Positions 28,607 to 37,400 of a stretch of 64,000 nucleotides of DNA are shown piece after piece (positions within the stretch are counted from its first letter, which is position 1; each line of letters begins with the position of its first letter). A program made the position numbers and the translations under genes. The notes beneath the pieces are model-generated. The model saw only the letters and a program-made list of their open reading frames with translations, had not been told where the DNA came from and made no database searches. The DNA comes from Armatimonadota bacterium (GTDB lineage Bacteria > Armatimonadota > Zipacnadia > Zipacnadales > VGFC01): the NCBI GenBank assembly GCA_016869045.1, contig VGFC01000003.1:2170-66169 (forward strand), written 5' to 3'.

Positions 28607-29641
28607 ATGATGAGCTACGAACGAGGTTGGCAGGCCATTCACCTGCAGATGCCCGACCGCATCCCGCACACGGAGTACATCAGCCATCGGCAGTTCACCA
28701 TGAAGGTCACGGGCATCGACCCCGAAGGGCCCGACGGCGGCAAGGCCGGACCCGCGCTGGCGAAGGCCCTGGACTTCGACTTCATCTGGTCCACGTTCGG
28801 GTCTGACTTCGGCCTGCCGAGCAGCCACATGGGGCGCGCCAAGTTCTACGAGACCGAGACACCCTTCCATTCCTACTATGCCTTCGAGACGGTGGACCAG
28901 GTGCTCGCCTTCGACCCCGTCGCGGCCGCGACCAAGCTGCCGACGATGGACGAGTTGACCACGAGCGTTCGGCAGGCGTGGGAGAGCGGGCAGGCCGCCT
29001 ACCCGGACGCGGTCTATCCGGGCGGCTTCTACAACACGGTCTTCACCTGGCCGATCATCACCTTTGGCTGGGACCTGTTCATGCAGGCGGCGATGGACGA
29101 TCCCGAGCGCTTCGATCGCGTGCTCGAGCGGTTCACCGACATCAGCATGATGGTCGTCCAGGCGCATGTGAGGGCCGAGGTCCCGATCTTCTTGTGCCAC
29201 GACGACATCGTGTGGGCCTCGGGCACGGTCTTCCGGCCGGACTGGATGCGCAAGTACGTCTTCCCCCGGCACCGGCGCCTCTGGCAGCCGCTGCGCGAGG
29301 CGGGGACCAAGGTGCTCTTCTGCTCGGACGGCAACTTCGACGAGTATGTGGACGACCTGGCGGAGGCCGGCGCGGAGGGGTTCATCTTCGAGCCGCTGAC
29401 GGACCTGCGCTACATCGTCGAGCGGTACGGGCAGACACACGTCATCATCGGCAACATCGATTCCCGCATCCTGCAGTTCGGCACCCCCGAGCAGATCCGC
29501 GCCGACGTGAAGCGCTGTGCCGACCTGGGCCGCAACTGCCCCGGCTTCTTCTTCGCCGTGGGCAACCACATCCCGTATGCGGTACCGATTCCCAGCGTGG
29601 AATGCTACCTGGAGGCGATCGCGGAATACGGAGTGAGGTGA
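28607..29641 (+). CDS. URO-D-family protein, paralog 3
   Basis: GFYNTVFTWPIITFGWDLF, CHDDIV, GNHIPYAVP blocks nearly identical in pattern to 10275..11372. Confidence 0.65.
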   Translation: MMSYERGWQAIHLQMPDRIPHTEYISHRQFTMKVTGIDPEGPDGGKAGPALAKALDFDFIWSTFGSDFGLPSSHMGRAKFYETETPFHSYYAFETVDQVLAFDPVAAATKLPTMDELTTSVRQAWESGQAAYPDAVYPGGFYNTVFTWPIITFGWDLFMQAAMDDPERFDRVLERFTDISMMVVQAHVRAEVPIFLCHDDIVWASGTVFRPDWMRKYVFPRHRRLWQPLREAGTKVLFCSDGNFDEYVDDLAEAGAEGFIFEPLTDLRYIVERYGQTHVIIGNIDSRILQFGTPEQIRADVKRCADLGRNCPGFFFAVGNHIPYAVPIPSVECYLEAIAEYGVR

Positions 29642-29677
29642 TGGGTGGTGGGTGATAGGTGATGGGGACGGCGACGG

Positions 29678-30604
29678 CTACGGCGCTTTGGGCTGATCCG
29701 GAGGCTGAGGGGCAGGAGGTGGGGCGGGTGGCTCCTCGCCGGGCTTTGCCTCTTCCTTCTTCTCGCGCTTGAAGGTGCCGATGATCGGGCCGGTCCAGAA
29801 GCGCTCGCCCTCGACTTCGACCTTGACCCAGGGCGTCGTGAAGGTGTTGCCGTTGTCCATGACGGCCTTCACGGGATCGCCCTTGAGGGTCAGCAGGTCG
29901 TCCTTCTCGACGTACTCGGCCTCCTCCCCGTAGACCTTCTTGTCCTCCTGCTCGGCGACGACGTTGCCCGTCGCCACGGCGCGCTTCTCCTCGTACCAGT
30001 AGCGGATCTGGTTGCAGGTGACGGTCGTCAGCTTCTCCTTGTACTCCTCCCACCGGCCCTCCTTCTGCTCGCCTTCCTTCGCGGGCTCGGCGGGGGCCTC
30101 GCCTGTGGCCTCGACTTCGGGCTTCGGTTCCTCCTTCTTCTTCTGCGTGAGGAGGCGCACGTTGCCGACGATGTCGGCGACCTCCTCGCCGAAGTCCGCC
30201 GTGATCAGGTCCCCGGTGATGGTCGTCTCGGGCTGCACGATCTTCAGGTTGCCCGTGGCGCGGGCGGTGTCCTCATCCTCGTTGTACTGGGCCTGATCGC
30301 AGTACAGGTGCGTGTCCTTGTGGCGGAAGTGGACGTTGCCCGTGAGGAAGTACAGGTTCTTCTCGGGGTCGTAGGTCATCAGGTCCGCGTGCTCGATGTG
30401 GACCGGTTCGTCGGCTACCTTCCCCTCCGCGTCCTGCTTCTCGGCGTCGGGAGGCTTCGCTTCGGGTCCCGCTGCCTTCGTGTCTGGTGGCGGCGGCTCC
30501 TGACCGGGCACGGTGACCACCAGCAACCCGCACAAGAGAGCGGCTGAGACGCTGATCCACCAGCGACTGCTCCGGCCCTCGGAGGTCCACCCCAAGTGTC
30601 TCAT
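29678..30604 (-). CDS. lptA: LptA/OstA-like periplasmic protein with Lys/Glu-rich linker and Pro-rich C-terminus
   Basis: Start at ATG 30604 (MRHLGWTSEGRSSRWWISVSAALLCG signal); repeated ...LTGNVHFRHKDTHLYCDQA.../...ATGNVVAEQED... OstA-N-like motifs; 4-nt overlap with upstream LptC-like gene. Confidence 0.5.
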   Translation of the reverse strand: MRHLGWTSEGRSSRWWISVSAALLCGLLVVTVPGQEPPPPDTKAAGPEAKPPDAEKQDAEGKVADEPVHIEHADLMTYDPEKNLYFLTGNVHFRHKDTHLYCDQAQYNEDEDTARATGNLKIVQPETTITGDLITADFGEEVADIVGNVRLLTQKKKEEPKPEVEATGEAPAEPAKEGEQKEGRWEEYKEKLTTVTCNQIRYWYEEKRAVATGNVVAEQEDKKVYGEEAEYVEKDDLLTLKGDPVKAVMDNGNTFTTPWVKVEVEGERFWTGPIIGTFKREKKEEAKPGEEPPAPPPAPQPPDQPKAP

Positions 30605-31338
30605 GGCGAGTGCCCCGTCCGTTCCTTGGCTTCCTGAACGTCGATGACCATCTGTGGGTCCCGCAGGCGGAACCCGCCCGTCTCCAGCTTGTAGGTCAGG
30701 TCCCGCCCGACTCCCTCGCTGCGGTCCGTCTGCATGCGGATCTGGTTTGGGCAGTACACCGTCTGCGTCGGCGTGTCGAACCGCAGCCCGGCGGTGATGA
30801 CGGTGACCTTGTCCTGCGTGCGCAACATCACCTGCCCGGGCGCGGTGAGATTGCGGCTCTTGTTGTCCCAATGCACCTGGTTGGTGGTGATGACGGCGCC
30901 CTTGGGCGAGACCACGCGCACGTTGCCCTCAACATCGAAGTCGTAGCTCGTGGTGTCGTACTTCACCGTGTTGGCGGTCACGCGTACGGCCGGGTGGCCC
31001 TGCTTGTCGTAGATGAGACCCTCTCGCATAGCGCCGGCAGTCACCGTCTGGCCACCCGTCTCAACGGACAGATGCGCGAGCTTCACTTTCCAGGTCGGTC
31101 GGCCGCCCTCGAAGTGCTCCGGCGCGAACTGCTCGACCTCAACGACCGGCTGCTTGCCCTCCTCCTGGGTCGGCCCGACGGTCCCGGGCGTCGCCCCCGC
31201 CGGCTGACGGCGCACATACAGGACCGCGCCGGCGATCAGGCCCACCAGAATGACGAGCAGCACGGTTGTCGTGAGGGCGCGGACGGACACAGAGTTGGCC
31301 TCTTGGCGCGGCGTTCCCAAAGGGTGCGCGGGAAGCAC
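30601..31338 (-). CDS. lptC: LptC-like membrane-anchored periplasmic protein
   Basis: Single N-terminal TM (LTTTVLLVILVGLIAGAVLYV) followed by beta-jellyroll-like region; position immediately upstream of and translationally coupled to the LptA-like gene. Confidence 0.45.
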   Translation of the reverse strand: MLPAHPLGTPRQEANSVSVRALTTTVLLVILVGLIAGAVLYVRRQPAGATPGTVGPTQEEGKQPVVEVEQFAPEHFEGGRPTWKVKLAHLSVETGGQTVTAGAMREGLIYDKQGHPAVRVTANTVKYDTTSYDFDVEGNVRVVSPKGAVITTNQVHWDNKSRNLTAPGQVMLRTQDKVTVITAGLRFDTPTQTVYCPNQIRMQTDRSEGVGRDLTYKLETGGFRLRDPQMVIDVQEAKERTGHSP

Positions 31339-31344
31339 GGCACT

Positions 31345-31508
31345 GGGCGTGATGAATCACGCCCCTACACGGGGGCACGATGAATCGTGCCCCTACATGA
31401 CGGCGATCCACGGCCCTGCGCGAAGTAGGGGCGCGATTCATCGCGCCCGGTTGTGTAGAGGCGCCATTCATGGCGCCCGCCAACCCTTCTCATGCAGCGC
31501 CCCTACAG
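31345..31508. repeat. REP/BIME-like cluster A: 4-5 palindromic units of consensus TGTAGGGGC-NN-GATTCATC-NN-GCCCC in both orientations (REPIN-like)
   Basis: Units at 31345..31369, 31371..31397 (GTAG head on minus), 31425..31448, 31454..31478 (head on plus), partial 31497..31508. Stem dinucleotides vary (GT/AC, AC/GT, GC/GC, CC/GG) but keep complementarity. ORFs called over this region (e.g. 31250..31585) are spurious. Confidence 0.7.
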
Positions 31509-32123
31509 CGGCGGCGGCGGCGGGCCAAAGGAGAGCAGGACGTTGCCGAGGTCGGTGGTCTGGCCCGACGACACCGGCACGTTGAACCGGATGGTGCCGG
31601 CGGTGGTGCTTGGGTCGTAGAAGTTCACCTGCGCCGAACCGGCCGGGACGTTGTAGAGCGTGAAGCGACCCGATCCGTCCGCACGCGACAGCGCCGAGAT
31701 CGTACCGGACTGCACGATCCCGCCGCTGACCGCGGAGTTGTTCGAGGCCAACACGAGCCTGCCCGTGACGGCTCCCCGCCCAAGGTTCAGCGTGGGCGCC
31801 AGATACACGGTGCCCACGCTGTTCTGGCCGGCAGACAGCGTCACGGGCACGTTGGAGGAATCGTGGCCGCCCGCCGTCACACTCAGCATCTGGTTCCCGG
31901 TAGGCGCATCATTGATGGTGAAGCGCCCGTCGGCGCCGGTCTGCGCGCTCGCCGTGTTCCCGACGCGGGCCGTAGCGTTGGCGACCGGCGCCTGGGTTCC
32001 GTCGTCCACCACGCGACCGGTCACGGTCGCGACTCCCCCTCCGGCGCCGCTGCCGCCGCAGCCCGTGATCGTAGCCGCGAGGAAGCCGGCAAGTAGCACC
32101 GCGATTGAGACTCGTGCAGTCAT
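31503..32123 (-). CDS. Lipoprotein with two carboxypeptidase-regulatory-like (CarboxypepD_reg) domains
   Basis: Lipobox ITGC; TVTGRVVDDGTQAPVANATARV...DGRFTINDAP and VTGRLV...DGSGRFTLYNVPAG patterns. Confidence 0.55.
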   Translation of the reverse strand: MTARVSIAVLLAGFLAATITGCGGSGAGGGVATVTGRVVDDGTQAPVANATARVGNTASAQTGADGRFTINDAPTGNQMLSVTAGGHDSSNVPVTLSAGQNSVGTVYLAPTLNLGRGAVTGRLVLASNNSAVSGGIVQSGTISALSRADGSGRFTLYNVPAGSAQVNFYDPSTTAGTIRFNVPVSSGQTTDLGNVLLSFGPPPPPL

Positions 32124-32206
32124 GGGAGTCCCTCAGTTCGGCTCTGGTTTTCACTACAAGCCATGCGACGCCTGTGCCCGGCTCAGCCCCGCCTGGGCCC
32201 CACGGC

Positions 32207-32818
32207 CTACGGCTGCATGGGGTGCTCGTATCGGGGCGCAAGCAGGACCTGTCCGACGTCCACCGTGGCGCGGGGCGTCACCGTGACGGTGCGCTGCGCG
32301 CTGTCCCAGTCGCTGGACTGGAAGTCGATCTGGCGCGTGCCGGCAGGGACGTTGTACAGCGTGAAGCGACCAGCGCCGTCGATGTCGGATCGCGAGACTG
32401 CCCACGCTCTGCCGCACTGAATGCGTGCCCCGCGGACGGGGCCCTCCTGGAAACGCGCAACGGTCCCCGTCACCGCCCCGCAGTGCGCGCGCAGCGTCGG
32501 TGCGATGCGCGCTGTGGTGTCGGGTAGGCGCTTCGGCACCACCACGGTGAGCGGGTCGTAGCCGGTGGCCACGACGAACAGCCCCCGCTCTCCCGCGGGC
32601 ACGCCGTCGAGCCTGAACTCACCCCGGGCGTTCGTCTGCGTGCTCGGCCCGTGGTGGACGCTCACCGTGGCGTTGGCAACGGGCCACTCTGTTCCGTCAT
32701 CCACAACCTGACCCCAGATGCTCCTGACGCCCCCGCCTCCATCCCCGCCACCACAGCCGACCAACAGGGATACCGCCGCACCGGCAAGTAGTACCGCGAG
32801 TAACCCTCGGCAGCTCAC
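32207..32818 (-). CDS. Lipoprotein with carboxypeptidase-regulatory-like domain(s), paralog of 31503..32123
   Basis: Probable GTG start at 32818 preceded by AAAGGGGGAG RBS; lipobox LLVGC; IWGQVVDDGTEWPVANATVSV...RGEFRLDGVPAG and ...DGAGRFTLYNVPAG. Confidence 0.5.
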   Translation of the reverse strand: MSCRGLLAVLLAGAAVSLLVGCGGGDGGGGVRSIWGQVVDDGTEWPVANATVSVHHGPSTQTNARGEFRLDGVPAGERGLFVVATGYDPLTVVVPKRLPDTTARIAPTLRAHCGAVTGTVARFQEGPVRGARIQCGRAWAVSRSDIDGAGRFTLYNVPAGTRQIDFQSSDWDSAQRTVTVTPRATVDVGQVLLAPRYEHPMQP

Positions 32819-32859
32819 AACGACTCCCCCTTTCCCGGTCTCCGTCAGCAGTGCGATCC

Positions 32860-33246
32860 CTAGCCGACCCCCGCCGGGCGCCACGTCGGTTGGAGCTGGT
32901 AGTAGTACCTGACCCGCACGACGGCCGTCGGCGGGACGATACGCCGGAAGATGATGCGGCCGATCTCCCGGTCCACGTCGTAGTCCGCGCCCTCCTGCTG
33001 CTCGACGCCATCGACGAGCACCAGGAGGGCCTCGCGGACGATCGTCTCCTTGCCATTCACGACGGCCCTCGCCCCATCGGCGAGGAGGGGCTGGAACCGC
33101 AAGTCGAACGGCCCCGTCGAGCCGGAGCCCTGGAAGAGGTCCTCGCTGAACCGGGCCGTATCCTGCAGCGCTCCGCCGCTGCAGCCAGCGAGTCCGACCA
33201 GCGTGAGGCCCACCAGCGGTACCGCGAGCCGCATCCCGGCGCGCAA
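32860..33246 (-). CDS. Small lipoprotein carrying one copy of the beta-domain repeated inside the giant OM protein (37548..41111)
   Basis: Lipobox LAGC; ARFSEDLFQGSGSTGPFDLRFQPLLADGARAVVNGKETIVREALLVLVDGVEQQEGADYDVDREIGRIIFRRIVPPTAVVRVRYYYQ is ~65% identical to residues ~296-380 of the giant OM protein. Confidence 0.5.
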   Translation of the reverse strand: MRAGMRLAVPLVGLTLVGLAGCSGGALQDTARFSEDLFQGSGSTGPFDLRFQPLLADGARAVVNGKETIVREALLVLVDGVEQQEGADYDVDREIGRIIFRRIVPPTAVVRVRYYYQLQPTWRPAGVG

Positions 33247-33274
33247 GGCACTCCCTCCCCCGTCCTACACGGCC

Positions 33275-34465
33275 TCAAGGCGCCGTGATCACGAAGTCCA
33301 CGCCCGTCTTCACGCGGCCGGCGCCCTTAAGCTCCACGGACTTGGTGATCGTGACGCCCTTGAAGGAGACCTCGATCACGTACTGCCCGCGTGGGACGAA
33401 CAGGCCGTACTCGCCGGCGGCATTCGTGACGGCGGTGTCGATGACCTGGTCTGTCGCGTCGTCGATGGCCTTGACGGTCGCGCCAGCGTTGTCCGGGTTG
33501 TTGAGAATCGTGACCGTCCCGCTGATCGTCGCCGGGCCGGGCGGAGGCTTGGCCTCGCTCGGCGCGAGCTGGACCTGCAGGTCCGACATCCCCGGCGTGA
33601 CGGTCACCGTGTCGCTGAAGGGATCGTAGTCGGTCGCGGTGACCTGGATGGTCTGGTCGCCGACCGGGACCTCGATCAGCGCGAAGTGCCCATCCTGATC
33701 GGTCGTTGCAGGCCCCACGCCGCCGATTGTTACGCTTGCGTCCTCGATCGGATCGCGGGTGATCAGGTCGGTCACGCGGCCGGAGACGTTCGCCTTGCTG
33801 GTGGTGGCGACGAGCTTGAAGTCCAAGGCGGGGTTGGTGCCCTCGCCCTGCGCAACCACGATCTGCTTCGTGTTCGTCAGGAAGCCCTGGGCGGTCGCCG
33901 TGGCCAGCGTCGCGCCCGTGGGCACGCCGCGAACGGTGTACTCGCCCGCGTTGTCGGTGGCCGCCTTGATGCCCTCCGGCGTGCCGGGAATGTCCGGCGC
34001 GAACTCCAGGCGCACGTTCGCCACCGGGTTGCCGCTGTCCAGGTTGGTGACGGCGCCGGAGACCGTGCCGGTGGTGCTCGGGTCGGCCGCCTCCATGTCC
34101 ACCTGCGTCTGTGTCGTGCCGTTGGGGTTGAGCTGCAGGTCCTCGAAGTAGGTGACAAAACCCTCCGCGTTCACGGTGAGCGGCTGGGTCGGCGGATCGG
34201 AGTTGCCGAAGGGCACAGCCGACACACGGACTCCCTGGTCTCCTGCGGCCGTCGTGGCCTTCTCACCCCCGATGACCACGGTGGCCTCGACCCCGAGGGG
34301 CTCCCCGTTGTCGGCCCGGAGAATCGTGACGTCGATGGTCGCCTTTCCCGCGTCCGGGCCCGGGTTGATCTTGATCATGCTGGCGCTGCACCCGGCCAGG
34401 AGGGGCAACAAGGCCCAGGCCAGTGCGCGACAGTGGTTCGGGTTGCGGATGAGGGAGCGGACCAC
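33275..34465 (-). CDS. Lipoprotein with multiple carboxypeptidase-regulatory-like / Ig-like beta-sandwich domains
   Basis: Lipobox LAGC; four-fold repeats of the VSG(A/R)VT(N/D)L...P(V/I)...A.V......DG.F pattern. Confidence 0.55.
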   Translation of the reverse strand: MVRSLIRNPNHCRALAWALLPLLAGCSASMIKINPGPDAGKATIDVTILRADNGEPLGVEATVVIGGEKATTAAGDQGVRVSAVPFGNSDPPTQPLTVNAEGFVTYFEDLQLNPNGTTQTQVDMEAADPSTTGTVSGAVTNLDSGNPVANVRLEFAPDIPGTPEGIKAATDNAGEYTVRGVPTGATLATATAQGFLTNTKQIVVAQGEGTNPALDFKLVATTSKANVSGRVTDLITRDPIEDASVTIGGVGPATTDQDGHFALIEVPVGDQTIQVTATDYDPFSDTVTVTPGMSDLQVQLAPSEAKPPPGPATISGTVTILNNPDNAGATVKAIDDATDQVIDTAVTNAAGEYGLFVPRGQYVIEVSFKGVTITKSVELKGAGRVKTGVDFVITAP

Positions 34466-34474
34466 TTCGGACTC

Positions 34475-37400
34475 CTAGCGGTTGACCCAGGTTCTGCCGA
34501 TCCCGTGCGCGACCTGGCCATCCTCTGACCGCGCCGTCAGCTCGATCAGATACGCCCCGTTGGGCACCGGCGCGCCGGTGGCACCACGGAGGTTCCACAC
34601 CAAGGTCGAGCAGCCCGTGGTCTGCGGCTTGTCTAACACCAGGTCCCGGACCGGGCGACCCGCGATGTTCAGAATGCGCACGCTGACGGCGGCATCCGCC
34701 GAGAGCGCGTAGGTGATGGCCATGCTCTGCCCGCTCTGGGCGCCAATCAGGCCCGTCACGGCGAGGTTGGCGCCCTTGTCCCGACGCAGGACGATCTCCA
34801 GGCCGCACGGCGTGCCGGTTCCCGTGAACTCATACCCGCCGGAGGTGCGCATGTACACGGTACGGCCGCGCGCTCGGTCAAGCAGCACGGGCCGGAACTC
34901 CTGGGGTACCTGCGACAGGTCCGGCCAGCGCAGGCGCGCGCGCACCCCTCGCGGGAGGTTGGCCACGCGCAGCTTCCAGGGGCCGCGCGCTCGGGGGCCG
35001 CGGAAGTCGGAGGCATACTCGCCCGCGTTGGGGCCCCAGTCGTCGTTCGCGAAGTGCAGCGTCGGCTGGTCGCCGAAGGGCGGGGGCGCCTGCAGGTCAC
35101 ACCGGGCATCGAAGCCGTCGCCCGCGGACCGGGCGGCACCCATCGTGGCCGTGCTGCGAGAACTGCCGACGTCCAACGTCAGCGCCGTCTGCCAGAGGGT
35201 CTTGCCGAAGGGCGAGCTGTCCGCCGAGGCGGTCCGCTCCTTGGTAGATGCGGCCGCAGTGCTCGTCGGGAAGAGGAGCGTGGCGCCCTCGGGCAGCAGG
35301 CAACGCAGCCAGTAGCCCTCGAAGGGCTTCAGCTTCTGGGTCAGCTCATAGCCGGACTGCTGGCTGTAGGCCCACAGGCCGCCCTGGACCCAACCGTCGG
35401 TGATCGCGTCCGCGAAGGGCTCCGAGTCCGCCGCGCCGCGCTGGACCAGCAGTTCCCCCAGGTCCACGTTCCGGTTGCGCGCGCAGCCGATCATGTTCCA
35501 GCCCGCATTCATCTTGACCGGGACGTCGTCGCTGTCCGGCGGCAGGATGCCGTCCACGGCGATGGTCACGTCCGACAGCACGCGCAGCCAGTACCCGAGG
35601 CCCGGCGCCAGCGGGTCGATGGTCGGGTAGATGTCGTACGTGCCGCCGCCGGGCGCATTGGGCTTCCAGCGGGCAAGCAGGAGCTTGTCGTTGGGGATGC
35701 CCAACGCGCGCGCCGGGTCCTGCTCGATGCACCAGAGCGGCACCGAGATCATGTAGAGCCCGTTCGTCCCCACCGGGAGGTTCTTGGCCAGCGCACTGCG
35801 CGCGCCGGCCGGGAAGAGAACGTCGTACGAGTCGAAGGCCACGTTCACCTTGCGGGTGACCTGGTTGCCCTTGCCGTCGTCGAAGGTGATCTCAAGCTGC
35901 GTCGGCGAGAGCCCCGTGTCGCTGACGATTCCGCCCCACACGCCCCTCTTGACCTCCACATCGGTGAGGCCGTCGAGGCCGACAACGTTGATCGTTCCCT
36001 CGATCGGGCCGATGATGCAGCCGTAGAGGTTGTTCTCGCCCGGGTCGAAGCCGCGCACGCCGTACGGGAACGGATACCGCGCCCAGAGGCCGTTGATCTC
36101 GATCTGCACCGTAATGCGTTGCGGGCCGCCCACGTTGAAGAAGGTGGGCAGCAGGAAACCCTCTCCCGCGGAGTCCCCTGTCGCGGGGATCGTGATCTCG
36201 TTGCCCTCCTGGGCGAAGAGTGTGAGCGTGAAGTCGTAGTTGAAGTAGGTCGTGTACGCCGTGCCGCCCTTGGGGATTTCATCCCCCGTCGGAGTCGTCT
36301 CGTAGTGCTCGACGATCAGCGCCACCGCGTCCGTCAGCGGGATATTCCAACAGTACATCTTCGGGCCGACGGTCACGCTGGTATCCAGAGCATACTGCTG
36401 CCGGTACCACGACACGAAGGGGGAGCCCTCCACGTTCGGCAGCACCGTCTGGCAGACTTCCAGTAAGCTCGGCGTGTCGCCCGCGAGAGCGGTTTGCTCG
36501 CCGGCCGACAGCGAGTTCAGCTTCGCGTAGTACCGGGTGTTGAAGCGCAGGAAGAACTGCGGGTCCTCGGTGTAGCACTTGAACCAAGCCACCCGCGCCT
36601 CGGCGATGCGCCAGACGAGCATCCCGGAGAAGCCCGGGGGATACCAGGTGCTGTTGCCGAGCGGCGGCTGGTTCATCGGCTCATACACGGAGCCGGAGTA
36701 GAACGGCCCGGGGTTGGCGGGGTCGTAGCCGGGGGACGCGCCCGGGGAGATCTGCACCGCCGTCGCCGCAGCGCCGATCATCCCCTGCTCCCAGCTGTCG
36801 TAGAAGAGCGCCACGTCGTCGCGGAACGCGTTGAGGACGAGCATGATCAGGACGAACGAGTCCTCCGGGAAGTTGCCGGAGAGCTTCGGCAGCCGCAGCT
36901 CGTTCGTCGTCACATCATAGGTGCCGCCCTGCAGCGTCTGAAGGGTGTCGTCCTGGATGATCTTCACCGTGGTGTCGAAAGCCGGCGGGCCGTAGATCGC
37001 GCGGGCGATGGGCATCGCGTCGTCGAGGTAGGCCTGCAGGGCCTGCTCATCCGACGTGGACCAGCCCTCGTACTGGAAGGTGATGTTGTTGGCCGGGTCG
37101 CCGATCGTGACGCCGCTCGTGCGGGCGCGATAGAGGTCTGGCAGAATGGGTCGCCCGGCGCGCGTGTGCACGATCATACGGGGCACGCGCAGTTCGGCCC
37201 GAGGTTCGATCCCCCTGGTGCGCAGGAAGCGCACCGCCGCGGCGGCCTGGCTGAGCGCCCGCGGGGAGTGTTGCTGGGCGATGGCATCCCGCACGGCTTG
37301 CTTGCGGGCGGCCGTGTCGAGGACGGTCGAGGCAGGGCCGTCGACTACGATGGCGCCCTGCGGCCCATCGCTGATGGACGCGAAGGGAGCGTTCCACACG

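Noticed and set aside
28481-29569. 362-aa minus-strand ORF antisense to the URO-D-like gene 28607..29641
   Set aside because: It is entirely antisense to a well-supported CDS with conserved motifs. This is typical high-GC antisense-ORF artefact. The true minus-strand gene ends at 28494.
31339-31502. Possible CRISPR array suggested by repeated ~25-nt units
   Set aside because: Units are palindromic hairpins in both orientations with variable stems. There are no constant direct repeats separated by unique spacers, and there is no cas gene nearby. It is REP-like, not CRISPR.
31250-31585. ORFs translated across the REP cluster A (e.g. 31250..31585 +, 31139..31483 -) with repetitive peptides like HAPTRGHDESCPYMTA
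   Set aside because: The amino-acid repetition mirrors the DNA palindromic repeats in both strands. There is no start context and the units occur in both orientations. These are non-coding REP/BIME elements.
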